Numbered from the stretch's first letter, positions 1 through 12,694 are shown. The stretch is 64,000 bases of DNA from Azolla caroliniana (GCA_043228905.1 JBHGNT010000007.1:10168001-10232000); one strand, 5' to 3'. Notes: generated by a model not told the origin, from the sequence alone. Made by a program: numbers and translations.

Positions 1-472
1 GAGGGCTATGTATGTAAATAACCGGAAAGTTGCGTAAGTATATATGCAACTAGGGCAAACTTTATGTGTGATTTGTATAATGTTAGAATGCAGAGTGCGT
101 GAGAGAGTGAGGAGGTAGAGCCGCGCCATAGCTATGTGCGTAACAACAGACGCGAAGAGCCCTGTGCGGCTGATACACTCGACAGAGTGTTGTAATCATC
201 TCCATGTTGTATATCCACTAGATATAGTGAAGAATCTGTTCCCATGGTTTTCCCTATTTTAGGGTTTCCACGTAAATCTCTGTGCACCATTGTTTATCTT
301 GTCTATTCTGTTATTCGGGTGTGGTTCGTATTTCAACATTGTCTGTCTATTGTGTTTTGAATTCCACAACGATTTCTCAACAAGAATTGTTGTATCCGAC
401 TCAAACTCGGAAGAAGTTTGGTATGTGGACTCTGTTAACTATTTCTAGAGGAAACACCTTCAATGAACCCAC
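1..472 (+). repeat. Probable Copia-type LTR fragment (left end outside window)
   Basis: Shares motifs with the C1/C2 LTRs (TGTAAATA, CTAGGGCAAAC, TTAGGGTTTCCACGT); right boundary uncertain. Confidence 0.45.
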
Positions 473-495
473 AGGCTATCGGTATCAAGGGGTCG

Positions 496-931
496 TGTTA
501 TGTGAAGCTTCTTCTACGTCGAGAAGACGTTAGGGGAACAGGGAGCGTACACTAACTACAACCCAATAGACGTAGATGTAGCTAGGATTACGAGTACAGG
601 GAGAACACACAGATGAAGGAACAGTAAGAGCGAGATTTATATTAAATGAGAAAGCTCACGATGAATACAGTACACGGCTCTCGGCCGGAAACAGTCTTGT
701 GCAGAGCTAAGCGCTACTATACTAATCGTACTAATAATCTAGGTATATCTCTCTCTACCGAGGTATGCAGGTCTCGGCTTATATAGATTTCTTGTTTACA
801 CAGAGTCGAGCCGTCGGTTGATTATGAGGGGCTCAAAACTCGACTATTTTAGTTCTACCTATTTCCTCACCTACTTTCCTACCTACCGAGTTTACATATT
901 TTGTAATTACATTTCTAGCCTATGGACAACA
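496..931 (-). repeat. 3' LTR of old Gypsy element G0
   Basis: TGTT...AACA termini, 436 bp (similar to element A LTRs), TATA-like CTATATAAG on minus strand near 780, flanked by the same motif as element A's 3' LTR; partner LTR not seen. Confidence 0.7.
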
Positions 932-933
932 CC

Positions 934-973
934 TGGCACGCCCATGGGAACGGACTTTGTCCGTCGGACCCAC
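934..973 (-). promoter_or_regulatory. tRNA-Arg-like 3'-end motif at the PPT position of G0
   Basis: Minus strand reads GTGGGTCCGA-[CGGACAAAGTCCG]-TTCCCATGGGCGTGCCA-GG-LTR; homologous to 13116-13153. Confidence 0.75.
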
Positions 974-1381
974 GATTCACAAAGTGGAGGGATATAACAA
1001 ACGGATTTTGCCAAAATTTTACAAAATTGCCCTTTAGAAAAGGAGGGCTTAAGGGTTTGTTTTAATCCTCTTCTAATATGCCGAGGATCCTCGGGGGCGT
1101 GGGGTTGGTCAGGCTGTTCGGAACCTGGGCTTGGTGATGGGGGTTTTGCTACCGAGTCCGGGATGGCTGTGTCTTCGCGTGGGCCGTCCTTAGTTGGTTC
1201 CGGTTCAGGCAAGTTTTGTTGCTCGGGTGTGATGTGGGTGTATGTAGGAGCGGGTTCCTCTTGTCTAACTTTTGTGGTGTTTGTTGTTGTTGGCTCTGGT
1301 TCGTGGTCATCGGTCGTGGGAGCCCTATTAGTCATGCTAGCTAGGCGTTCCTCCTCGTAAGCTTCGGCGTCTAAACGGAAC
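974..1381 (-). pseudogene. C-terminal tail of G0 accessory ORF and 3' UTR
   Basis: RLDAEAYEEERLAS followed by a P/E/Q-rich tail parallels the C-terminus of the 889-aa ORF of element A; probably the continuation of 34570-37271. Confidence 0.55.
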
Positions 1382-1726
1382 TATCATTGTATAGAGTTAT
1401 TGGTGTGTAACTACTGTACAGAGCGTAGCAGAGGGAAAGAGAGAGAGAGACAGAGTGAGTCTCTGTTGTAACTGCCGCCAAGCGAAGATTGTGAGCACGA
1501 GGTCGTTGCCTCTGTGTTCCCCTATTGTATTCTCCTTACATAGTGATAGTTCGGAGTCCGTGGGCTCCCGTTGTTTTTTTCCAATTTAGGGTTTTCCACG
1601 TTAACATCATGTGCATTCCCTTCTGTTTGTGTACTTACTTCCATTTCCCATTTCTTCTGTGTTTGATTATCTTTAAGTGATCTAAGCTTTGGTTGTGGCC
1701 GAAGACTATTCCGCATATTCTCTTCA
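1382..1726 (+). repeat. 5'-truncated 5' LTR of C1 (PBS deleted)
   Basis: Homologous to about 34222-34569 and ends in CA; the TGGTATCAGAGC PBS present in related C2 is missing. Confidence 0.88.
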
Positions 1727-2440
1727 AATGACACAGAAAAATGGAAGATTCGTTGGGAGACATGTTCAAGCTCACCGGCTCCAACTACTCAGTGTGGAAG
1801 TTGAAGATGAGGGACATGCTCGTGGTTAAAGATCTTTGGTTGCAAGTTCAATTCGGGGACAAGAGACCGGACAAGATCGATGCCACGATATGGGAGGTGA
1901 TGCACATGAAGACAACGGCGTACATATGGTGCTTCATCAACATGAGCCTATACAACAACTTTAATGAGGAGAGTAAGGCTCATATGCTTTGGGAGAAGAT
2001 CGGCATTATGTTCCAGAACAAAAATGATGTTAATCAGGTTTTGGTATTCTGGAAGCTAGTGCGGCTCCGGTACCAAGATGGCTCCAACATGGCGGAGCAC
2101 ATGAATGCCTTCCAGGGGCTGATTCACCAGGCAACATCCTAGGAAGTACCTCTCTCCGATGAAGTACTAGCCCTACTCCTGCTCGGTTCCCTCCCAGATA
2201 GTTGGGAGACGTTAGTTGTCACTTTGGGGAATGTCGGGCCGGAAGGGAAACAGTTATCCCTAGCAAGAGTCAAGTTGAGCTTGCTAGATGAGGAGGCGCG
2301 TCGGAAAGACAAGGATACGAGCTCCGACTCCAAAGTGCTCCTTACCGAATCGGAACGCGAAAGACAAAGGAACCGGAGTCCCTAGAACCGGGAAAAGTCG
2401 GGGACACGGTCAAAGTCAAGGGGAAGTCCCACTTGCTTCT

Positions 2441-2883
2441 TGTTGAGATATCAAGCTCAACTAGTTTAACCTAGTTAGTCAACACATGTAACTTAGTAGT
2501 TACCTAGATCGAATCTAGTTAATGTGTTGACCTTAAGCCTTTAAATAGGACCTTGTACTTAAGTGGGATATTCTAGATCCTCCACTCCTTAGTACATTTA
2601 ATGTAGGACTTACACATAGGTACCTATGTTCTACCCACACATGTGCACCTTTGCACATGGGTTGTATATATACCTCATTGTGGGTATTTTTGTATGTTGA
2701 TGACACTTTTCAATATAGTCAATCATCCCCCATTTATCTTCGTGTTCATAAGTGTAACTTACTCTCTCTCTCTCTCTTCCTCTCACACACTCTCACACGC
2801 ATATCATACTAATCTTCCGTTGCTTAACATAACCATATAATTAGTCTCTAATTAATCCTAGTTAATTACCTAATTACTTAACA
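2441..2883 (+). repeat. Ca 5' LTR
   Basis: Direct repeat of 5961-6400, roughly 3% divergent by hand count. Confidence 0.95.
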
Positions 2884-3059
2884 TGGTATCAAAGCGCGTG
2901 GTTTAGGAAATCCACTAAGCCCACTGCTTATTCGTGATTGTGTGTTCGAGACGCCGACGACAAATCCCAGCTATTCGCTATCCGCTACCGTAGTGCCACT
3001 ACGAAGGACGTGTACACGACCAAGAAAAGAAAAAAAAAACGGAAGACACAACAATCAAC

Positions 3060-3887
3060 ATGAACACACAAATGGGAAGCTCAATCCCTAGCGAAAAGCT
3101 AGACCGAAACAACTATTCATCTTGGGAGTACAAGATGAATCAATACCTTGTCGGCCAAGGGTATTGGAGCTACATCAACGACGTACAAGAAAACAAACCC
3201 GAAACCACACACGCCAACTACCCAACGTGGGAGCAAGGCACGAGTCAGGTAATGTATTGCTTGGGAACATGTGTAAACGACCACATGCTTAGCCACATTC
3301 ATGATGCCAAGACGCCCAAAGAGGCGTGGGAAAATCTCAAGAAGATTTTGAACAACATACGACAAAAAGAAATGTCCGTGACGGACTACACCGCCAAGAT
3401 CAAGAGCATTTGCGACTCTCTTGGCTCCATCAACGTCAACATCGACGGGGACGAGATGGTGCAAGTATGCTTGGGCGGCCTCACACAACGATTCAACCCG
3501 TTGAGAACGGCAATCTTGGCGAGAGATACCCCTCCCTCGTTCTTCAACCTCCAAACAATGCTATTGGTCGAAGAAAACCACGTTCAATCAAAGAACAACA
3601 CATCGGAAGGACAAATGCTCTTCTCCAATACGGATGGTGCCCATAGATGAGGTCGAAGCGGAAGAGGTCAATTCGACCTATCCCACGAAGGGAATTCACA
3701 ATTTCGGCAAGGAAACGGAAGCCATCGAGGAACCTTCACAAGAAGGGGGAGCTTCCACGCCGAACAAGGTCGGCGAACGACGCCACCTACGTGCAACTAT
3801 TGTGGCAAAATCAGCCATTGCGAAGAGGAGTGCCGAAAAAGACGTAGTGAGTCGGCCTCAACAAGCCGGCAACTCACAAATTACGCC
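3060..3887 (+). pseudogene. gag: Ca gag
   Basis: EKLDRNNYSSWEYKM Copia gag start and CNYCGKISHCEEEC knuckle; internal stop and 15-aa deletion relative to C3 gag. Confidence 0.88.
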
Positions 3888-5513
3888 GTGAACGCGGAAT
3901 ACGCGGACTACGACGGACTCTTCGTGATGAGGCATAGAGCGAACTCTACGATGGCCTCCGATCCCGCAAACTCCGCAAGCACCTCCAACTCCGAACACGC
4001 GTGGTTCGTAGACTCCGGCGCCTCGCACCACATGACGTCGCACCAAGAGTGGTTTCGCGACTTGCGAACGCCGGATCGACCCGACTACATAGAGACCGGA
4101 GACGACACTCCGCATCCCATTCGGCACATCGGCGATGTCCCATTCGGGAAAGAAGGCGAGCAATCCTGCATCAAGAATATCTTGCACGTGCCCACAATAA
4201 CAAAGAATTTGGTCTCGGTCGGCCAAATCGTGGAGCAAGGCATGCAAGTCCGCTTCAACAATGAAGGTTGCTTCATCGAGAAAGACGGCCGACTCATAGC
4301 CAAGGGACGAAGAAACGGTCGCTTGTTCATCCTCGACTCGAACGAGGTAAAATCGGCCATGTACGCCAAAGGTCTCAAGACCGAGACAAACATCGAGTTG
4401 TGGCACAAGCGAATTGGCCACGTAAACCTCCAACGCCTTCGCGGAATGCAATCAAAGGGAGTTATAATCGGACTTCCGGCCTTCGAATCGAAACGAGTCG
4501 ACCGAGTGTGCGAAGCATGCCAACTCGGCAAACAACATCGACTCCCATTCCCGAAGGAGAGCTCCGCAAGCAAAGGCCTCCTTGACATAATCCACTCGGA
4601 CGTATGGGGACCGGCCCAAACGCCGACGCTCAGCGGATGCCGCTACTACGTCACCATCATCGACGACCACTCGTGCTACACATGGATATACCCGATGAAG
4701 AAGAAGAGCGAAGTGCTCTCCTACTTTCAAAGGCTCAAAAGCCAAGTGGAGAAAGAAATCGGTCGGCACATTCGATGCCTACGATCGGACGGAGGAAAGG
4801 AGTACTTCTCCGACGAGTTCACCTCCTACCTCCAAGGTGAAGGCATTCATAGAGAATTCTCATGCCGACACACTCCCCAACAAAACGGAGTAGCCGAGAG
4901 AAAGAATCGGCAAATTCTCGAGGTTGCACGCGCCATGATGCATGAGAAGCACATGCCGAATTTCTATTGGGCCGAAGCGGCATCCATGGCCATCTATCTC
5001 ATGAACTGGTGCACCACCAATGGAGTCCACAAGCTTACTCCATACGAGATCTTCGTTGGAAGGAAGCCCATCCTCTCGCACCTCAAGGTGTTCGGAAGCA
5101 TTGCAAATGTACGCATCCCGAACGAAAGTCGAGAGAAGCCCAACGTGAAGTCAAAAGAATGTATCCTCATAGGATACTTGTCCGCAAAAAAGGCGTACAA
5201 GTGCTTCAACCCTCTGACCCGAGTGGTGTGGATAAGTCGCGACGTCGTTTTCGACGAATCAGCATCTTGGTATAAGCCCGATGCGACTCCATCCGACCCG
5301 ATCGAGGAAGAGTTTAACGCCAACTTGGACGACGAAACTCGGCCAAGTCCTCCACCGAAGGAAAATCCAAGCTCTAGTGAGCTAATTGGCCCACAAGAGC
5401 CTCCACGTGATGAAAACACGTCGCGGCCAAGCCCGACATCGGACAAAGGCAAAGGTAAGATGCCCGAATACGAAGTCGAGGTCCACCCCGACGACCGTGA
5501 TTCAGATGATTAG
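3888..5513 (+). CDS. pol: Ca protease, GAG-pre-integrase and integrase
   Basis: WFVDSGASHHM, LWHKRIGH...CEACQLGK, IHSDVWGP, LRSDGGKEY, QQNGVAERKNR. Confidence 0.9.
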   Translation: MNAEYADYDGLFVMRHRANSTMASDPANSASTSNSEHAWFVDSGASHHMTSHQEWFRDLRTPDRPDYIETGDDTPHPIRHIGDVPFGKEGEQSCIKNILHVPTITKNLVSVGQIVEQGMQVRFNNEGCFIEKDGRLIAKGRRNGRLFILDSNEVKSAMYAKGLKTETNIELWHKRIGHVNLQRLRGMQSKGVIIGLPAFESKRVDRVCEACQLGKQHRLPFPKESSASKGLLDIIHSDVWGPAQTPTLSGCRYYVTIIDDHSCYTWIYPMKKKSEVLSYFQRLKSQVEKEIGRHIRCLRSDGGKEYFSDEFTSYLQGEGIHREFSCRHTPQQNGVAERKNRQILEVARAMMHEKHMPNFYWAEAASMAIYLMNWCTTNGVHKLTPYEIFVGRKPILSHLKVFGSIANVRIPNESREKPNVKSKECILIGYLSAKKAYKCFNPLTRVVWISRDVVFDESASWYKPDATPSDPIEEEFNANLDDETRPSPPPKENPSSSELIGPQEPPRDENTSRPSPTSDKGKGKMPEYEVEVHPDDRDSDD

Positions 5514-5960
5514 GCTCACTCACTAGACAGTGAGTTCGGTGTACCCATCATGAGGACACCGGGAGTAAAGAAGGCGCTCACATCAACAAACGAGAAACTC
5601 CGCCGCTCATCACGAGCGAAGACCCAAGTCACTCGTTACGCCTACAACGAGTATATGGCCCATCACTATACCCTCGCGATGAAGGTAGTGGCCGAACAAG
5701 AGCCCAAGGATCTAAGCCTTCGTCACAGGCTTGAGGGGGAGAACAAAGCCGCGGAGAACCGCGCAACGAAGACGCGAAGACGCGAAGAAAGCCGCGCAAC
5801 ACCGCGCAACAAAGCCACAGAGAGCCACGCAACGAAGCCGCGAAGACGCGAAGAAAGCCACGCAACGCCGCGAAGAAAGCCGCAACCCGCACCGATGCCG
5901 ACAAAGCCGAAGGAAGCTAAACCGGACATTGGATGCCTCACACTTGAGCTTGAGGGGGCG

Positions 5961-6400
5961 TGTTGAGATATCAAGCTCAACTAGTTAAATCTAGTTAGTC
6001 AACACATGTAACTTAGTAGTTACCTAGATCGGATCTAGTTAATGTGTTGACCTTAAGCCTTTAAATAGGACCTTGTACTTAAGTGGGATATTCTAGATCC
6101 TCCACTCCTTAGTACATTTAATGTAGGACTTACACATAAGTACCTATGTTCTACCCACATATGTGCACCTTTGCACATGGGTTGTATATATACCTCATTG
6201 TGGGTATTTTTGTATGTTGATGACACTTTTCAATATAGTCAATCATCCCCCATTTATCTTTGTGTTCATAAGTGTAACTTAATCTCTCTCTCTTCCTCTC
6301 ACACACTCTCATGCGCATATCATACTAATCTTCTGCTGCTTAACGTAACCATATAATTAGTCTCTAATTAACCCAAGTTAATTACCTAAATTACTTAACA
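5961..6400 (+). repeat. Ca 3' LTR
   Basis: Direct repeat of 2441-2883 followed by TSD CTTCT. Confidence 0.95.
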
Positions 6401-6774
6401 CTTCTATTGTGGGAAGTCGGGGCACTTCTAGAAGAATTGTCGGCATTTTCGGAAAGAGAAGGAAACCGGCAGTACCAATTCGAAACTGTCACCGGACCAG
6501 AACGGTAAAAACCGGAGGGGACCGAACCGGAAGGGAACGACGGTGTCGCGAAAATACAACGAGGATACGTGAACTTTGAGGCAAGACCCCAGGGCCTCCA
6601 ACCAGAGGATAATCACATTTGTGCGTTTATATTTTTAACAAATAACGGAAAGAAGAAATTTAATAATTTTCATTAACAAAGGAAAAAGAAATTACAATAT
6701 GTCCCAAGATTGGGATTTAGAAGTTTTAGGTTTACTAAGATTAATAGAAAAGAAAAATTAGGGGTTTTGGTAGA

Positions 6775-6970
6775 TATGGCTTCCGTAGGGAAGATTAGGA
6801 TTAGGTTATATGAGTATTATGGCTTCCGTAGGGAAGATTAGGATTAGGTTATATGAGTATTATGGCTTCCGTAGGGAAGATTAGGATTAGGTTATATGAG
6901 TATTATGGCTTCCGTAGGGAAGATTAGGATTAGGTTATATGAGTATTATGGCTTCCGTAGGGAAGATTAG
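6775..6970. repeat. 43-bp tandem repeat, about 4.5 identical copies
   Basis: Unit TATGGCTTCCGTAGGGAAGATTAGGATTAGGTTATATGAGTAT. Confidence 0.95.
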
Positions 6971-7334
6971 GGTTTTTGACTGTTATGGTTTTCGTAGGGA
7001 ATTTTAGGGTTTATGAGAGTTATCGCTCCCTAAGATAAGGGAGTTGAGAAGGAAATTAAGATAATATGGAGAGTATCCTAGTGTAGGAAAAAAAATGGAA
7101 TAAATATGGAGTTCTCCCTTGATCATAGCCTTTCCACTTTTTTTGTTGCATGGCCTCTACTTTTAGTTGCCTAGCTTTTTCTTTTGGTTGCATGTGACTG
7201 TCCACATGACCTTTACTTTTTCCATGCACTCCTTTAGTTGCTTCTGTCCACATGGCCTTTACTTTAGTTCTCTTCACTTTACTTTAATTTGTTGCATGAT
7301 CCAATCTTTCGTCCGTCCGCGTCCAACCTCGTCC

Positions 7335-7775
7335 GGTAGCCGGTTCCATTTTGCTTGCCGGTCGGTTCCGGTTCCGATTTTGCTTGCCGGTCGGTTCCGG
7401 TTCCAGTTTTGCTTGCCGACCGATTCCGGTTTGCTTGCCGGTTCCGGTTCCGGTTTTGCTTGCCGGTTCCAGTTCCGGTTTTGCTTGCCGGCCGGTTTCC
7501 GGTTTGCATACCCGTTCTGGTTCCGGTTTTGCTTACCGGCCGGTTTCCGCTTTTGCTTACCGGCGGTTTCTGGTTTTGCATACCAGCCGGTTTCCGGTTC
7601 CAGTTTTTCTTGTCGGCCAGTTCCGGTTCCAGTTTGCTTGCCAGCCAGTTCCGGTATTGCATACCAGCCGGTTTCCGGATTGCATACCGACCGGTTTCTG
7701 GATTGCATACCGGCCGGTTTCCGGATTTGCTTACTGGACCCGTTTTCCGGATTTGCTTACCGACCAGTTTCGGTT
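7335..7775. repeat. CCGG-rich degenerate minisatellite (about 20-30 bp units)
   Basis: Repeated TTTTGCTTGCCGG, TTCCGG and TTGCATACCG motifs. Confidence 0.9.
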
Positions 7776-8092
7776 TTAGGGAATTTGGCCACCATCATCC
7801 ATCAAGACAAAGTGGCCAAAGTGCTCTTAGCACAAATGAAAAATGAGGGAGCTCAAGGTGTTTATATAGCCAGGGCCTTAACTTTCCTATCTATGTGGGA
7901 TAGTTCTAATTTTCCTATCTAATCAAACTTTATTATCTCATAACTTGATATGTATTTCTCCATTTTGTATATAGTAAATACATTTTGAAGCTCTTGAGTA
8001 TATCCATCTTTCTATAGTACTCTACTAATCTAATTTATAATTATTATTTCATTATTTTTTTACATAGTGTGTGAAGATTCACACGACAACGG

Positions 8093-10478
8093 CAATCGTG
8101 GAAAGTGAAGAAGAGTTGATGCTCATCACCAAGGACAGTGAGTTGAACCTTGCCAGCGACGAGATGACGTGGGTTGTCGATTCCGGAGCGTCGTTCCACC
8201 CGACCCCGAACCAAAAATGCTCCTCATCCTACATAGTCGATGATCACGGTTGTGTCTGGATGGGGAATGAAGGTACATGCCGAATTGTCGGCATAGGAGA
8301 CGTGTGGCTGACAATACCAACTGGATGCAAGCTGCTCTTGAAGGATGTCTGACACGTTCCAGCGGTTCGACTAAACCTGAGATCAACCGGTCGGCTAGAT
8401 GATGAAGATTACACGGGTAGCATCCAGAATGATGTCATGAAGTTCTGCAAAGGGAGCCTAAAAGTGGCTCGAGCCCAGAAGGTCAACATATTGTACTTGG
8501 TGAATGCCCGAATATGTACGGAAGAAGTGAATGTTGCATCTGACACTACCGGTGAGCTGTGGCACAAGAGACTGTGTCACATGAGCGAGAAGGGGATGAG
8601 GAGGCTTGCCAATGACAACCTCATTCCGATGAAGGACGTGCATCTTGAGAAGTGCACTGACTACCTGGCCGGTAAGCAAAATAGGACCTCCATCCGCTCA
8701 AGGCCACCGATGAGACGTAATGCACCACTGGAGCTGGTGCATACCGATTTGTGTCAAGTGGACACGAAGTCACATGTCGGATCGCAGTACTTCGTGACTT
8801 TCATAGATGACCACAGCCGAAAGTGGTGGGCCACACCATTGAAGACGAAGGATCAGGTGTTATCCGTCTTCAAGGAGCTCCACGCAAGAGTGGAAAGAGA
8901 AACCGGCTGGAAGCTGAAGGCGGTTCGAGCCAGATGCCCTTTTGGAATCTCGAGGCGTATACTGGGGGCAGTTTGAGGAGTATTGCCGCTCGAAGGGCAT
9001 TCGGCTCGAATTTACCGTGCCGAAGATGCTAGAACTAAACGGGCTGGCTGAGAGGATGAATCAGACCATAATGGAGAGGGTCCGGAGTATGCTAGCACAT
9101 GTTAAGCTACCCAAGACGTTTTGGGTTGAGGCACGCCATGGCGACAACGACGTATGTGATAAACAGATCACCCTCAATGCCCTTGGACAGAGACACGCCG
9201 TAGAGAGTGTTGACCGGTAAGGAAGTGTCTTACCGGCATCTGAAGGTGTTTGGGTGTCTCGCTTACGTGCATGTTGCAAAGGACCGGAGATCAAAATTGG
9301 ATCCAAAGTCCTGGCCTTGCATATTCCTCGGATACGGCGATGATGAGTTCGGCTACCGAGTGTGGGATCTGGTCGACAAGAAGGTTTTCCGGAGTCGAGA
9401 TATTATCTTCATGGAGGACAAGACCCTTGCCGACTAGGAGTCGGAGAAGAAGATAATGAACTCTGAGTTGACCGGTAAGATTCGGTTCGATGAGATTCGG
9501 ACCTAACCGGCTATGAGCCGGTTGACACTCGAAGAACCGGCCGGTTACGGTGAGGATACCGAACCGGCAGAAGAAGAAGAAGAGGAAGCTGAAACTGGAA
9601 CCGACCAAGACCCCGAATCGGATTCGGATGAAGAACAAACATAGGAGTTGGTTGCCGAAAGCCAAAGACGGAGATATCCTCTCAGAGAGAGAAGTGCCCC
9701 CCGGAGATTTCCGGATGCAGAGCGTGTGTTGCTAACCGATGAGGGGGAGCCGGAAAGCTTCGAAGAAGCAAAGGAGGACACCCATAGCCACAAGTGGTTA
9801 AGTGTCATGCAGGACGAGATGGATTCCCTGCATGAGAACCACACGTATGAACTAGTGGAGTTGCCGAAAGGAAAACGAGCACTCCGGAATAAGTGGGTGT
9901 ACAAGCTGAAACCAGGAGATGTCGGTAACCCCCCGGGATACAAAGCCAGGATCGTGGTGAAGGGGTTCCAACAGAAGAAGGGTGTGGACTTCGACGAGAT
10001 ATTTTCCTCGGTACTAAAGATGACTTCCATCCGGACGGTGCTAAGCATAGCGGCAAGCATGAACCTCGAGGTAGAGCAGCTAGACGTGAAGACGGCGTTC
10101 CTCCACGGCGACCTCGAAGAGGAGATCTACATGCAGCAACCGGAGGGATTTGTGAAGAAAGGGAAGGAGCACCTGGTTTGCCGGTTGAAGAAGAGCCTCT
10201 ATGGTTTGAAGCAAGGTCCCCGGGAATGGTACCGGAAGTTCGACTCCTTCATGACCGATCAAGGGTACCACAAGATGCAGACCGATCACTGCGTATTTGT
10301 GAAGAAGTTCGAAGGTGGAAACTTCCAGATCGTCCTTTTGTACGTGGACGACATGTTGATCGTCGGACGAGACCATGTCAAGATACAGATGCTGAAGAAG
10401 GCTTTGAACCAAACCTTCTCAATGAAAGACTTGGGTCCAACAAGACAGATACTGGGGATGCATATCATCCGAGACCGG
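8093..10478 (+). pseudogene. pol: C1 pol: PR, IN and RT N-terminal part
   Basis: WVVDSGASFH, LWHKRLCH, VHTDLC, NGLAERMN, QLDVKTAFLHG, LLYVDDMLI; stops and frameshifts. Confidence 0.92.
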
Positions 10479-11126
10479 TGTCGCGTTACTATGCGCGTGC
10501 GTGGAGAAACGAGGTAGGACCACCGGGGTCTTGAACCGATGAGCAGGTGATAGAAGGGGAAAGAGAAGGAGAGAGAGACCCGGTCACGTATGAGCAAAGA
10601 AACACAGGGGCACGGCCCGTCAACGCAAAAGACGCGAATGGACACAGAGACAGGGAGACATCAGTGTCTGTATATTAACGAATAACAAATACAAAACAGA
10701 GCACGCGAGCGGCTACAACCGAGCAGGCCGGCGAACAGATGTCAATGCCTGCTCGTCTGCGCACGAAAGGAGAAAAGGGTGGAAGAGCTGCCCGAAGCAC
10801 ACGGGCATTCCTCGAAGTAGCGCGAGCCTCCCGAAACCCTGCAGAGAAGAGTGATGGAGAACGAACAGAGTAGAAGCGTTCGGTTCCGGTCCGGCAGCAC
10901 TTCGTCATCCTTAATGCGCGATACTTTCTCCCTGCATCTCCCTCTCCTTTATAGCTTCAAGAAGGGAGCCGTCTCCCTGATTTACTCCCCACCTACCGAA
11001 TCTAACTACCCGGATATGCCTTTGTACTTAATCCCCTAGTATATACATTAAGGGCGCGCACACGTGAAGAGCCGGTTCAAGCGCGCTATGCACCGATTGC
11101 GCCAAGGGACGGTTTTCTTCACGACA
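10479..11126 (-). repeat. B 3' LTR
   Basis: Direct repeat of 32436-33083, about 4-5% divergent by hand count. Confidence 0.95.
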
Positions 11127-12694
11127 TCCGCCCCCACCTAACCGCGCATCCACCGGTATGCGCCAAAATTGGGTTCTGGTTGGAGAAAACCAGCCCGGGT
11201 TCCGTTTCTTCGTCCATCGGATCGTCCTCCGTTTTGGACTGTTCACCTTCGCTGTCCAGGCCTCCTAGATCTGGTTCGTCGGCGTGGCGCTTCTTGAACG
11301 CTTTGATCCGCTTCCCTGCTACCGGCATCGCCATCCTCATACCGTCGAGTTCCGCCAGGTGATACGTCTCGTTGTCGTTGGCGCTCGTTACCACGTAAGG
11401 CCCGAACCACCGCTTCGCAAACTTCCGCGTTGCTCGGCGCTGGTTGTCGAGGCTGTTGTCGTAGACTAGTACCCAGTCGCCTTCCTCGATTTTCTTTGGC
11501 CAGAGCCGGCGCGTTCGGTCGAACCGGGCTTTGTTCTTTATCCTCGTCGTCCGAAGTCTCTCCGCCGCTCGTTCCACGTCCTCTAGCCTCCACTCGAGCT
11601 GCCGTATATGCGCCGCTAACAGTTCTTCCCAACCCATCTCGTCTCTCCAGTCGACTGTCGCCCAAGAGGAGATCGCCCGTTCCATCGGCATGATCGGCTT
11701 TTGTCCAAACATGAGCTCTGACGGCATGAACCCGGTTACCGAACTGTGCGTTGTCCGGTCCGCCCACAAGGCATAGGGTAACAGTCGTGGCCAGTTCCCG
11801 ACCTGTCCTTCGCACGCCCGGACTAGCGCTTTGACGATTGGCCCGTGCCCGCGCTCCACCTTCCCATTCGCCTCCGGATTGTACGCCGTGGTGAGCGAGA
11901 GCTTGACCCCTAACCGGTCGAACAGCTCCTCGGCCTCTTCGGCGTCCAACTCCCCTCGGTCAGCCACGATCTTCCCGACGCACCCGTATCGGCATATCAC
12001 GTCCTCGATCAAGAACCGACACACGGCCACGGTCGTTTTGTTCTGCAGGGCTCGGCCTTCCACCTGGTTCGTCAGGTCCGCCTGGGCCAATACCAGATAT
12101 CGCATCTGCCCTACGCCCATCGGCATCGTCACTAGATCTACCATCCATTTGAAGTGGAAGGCCGGAGGGTATGTAGGGTGAAGCTCATCCCGATGTCGGA
12201 CTATGGAGTGCATCTGACAGCTCTCACAAGTTGTCACGAACCGATGCACGTCCCGGTACAGTCCCGGCCACCAGTACTTCCCCTTTAGTTTCTCGAACGT
12301 GGCCCATGTTCCACAGTGTCCAGCCTAGGGGCTGTCGTGGTAGGCCTTCAGCAGCTCCTCCTGTTCTTCCTTCATCGCCACCACTCGGAGCGGGATGTCG
12401 TTTCTCTTCTTCGGGTGCTTCCACAAGTATCCACCTCGGAGAAAGAATCGGTACGCTTTCTTCCGGATCCGGTTGGCCTCGTCCTTTGTCCATGACGCGT
12501 CCGGCGTCATTGTCCTTAAGAAACCTGCAATCTGCAGCCACTCCCCGTTGTACTTGCTCTCGTCGAAATCGTTAAGCGCCGGAGTGCTCCCTCCCTCATT
12601 TGTTACGTAAGCCGCCTCGAAAAAGTCTATGCCGACTTCCTCGTCCTCCGAAACCATGCCACCCTCGTCGTTGAATCGCGCCCTCAAAAGCATG
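11119..12694 (-). pseudogene. pol: B integrase region
   Basis: HD...GH and CESC zinc finger, WMVDLV, IVADRGE, YNPEANGKVERGH, WFGPYVV. Confidence 0.9.

Larger units (their letters stand above)
2441..6400 (+). mobile_element. Copia element Ca lacking RT/RNase H
   Basis: LTRs 2441-2883 and 5961-6400 (TG...CA), TSD CTTCT, Met-type PBS TGGTATCAAAGC 2884-2895, PPT GAGGGGGCG 5952-5960. Confidence 0.95.
1741..6543 (+). pseudogene. gag: C1 gag (1741-2440 and 6406-6543), split by element Ca
   Basis: MEDSLGDMFKLTGSNYSVWK..., LLLGSLPDSWETLV, and a CFYCGKSGHF zinc knuckle rejoined across the insertion; in-frame stops. Confidence 0.88.
6544..8088 (-). mobile_element. 1545-bp solo LTR of a B-type Gypsy family
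   Basis: Termini TGTCGCG...CACGACA identical to element B LTR termini; 4-bp TSD ACGG; C1 sequence rejoins across it; CTATATAAA on minus strand near 7865. Confidence 0.8.

Noticed and set aside
6775-6970. Regular 43-bp repeats resembling a CRISPR array or telomere-like TTAGG
   Set aside because: Head-to-tail identical units with no spacers and no cas genes; this is a minisatellite within a solo LTR
7167-7922. Several overlapping long ORFs
   Set aside because: Artefacts of the stop-poor CCGG minisatellite
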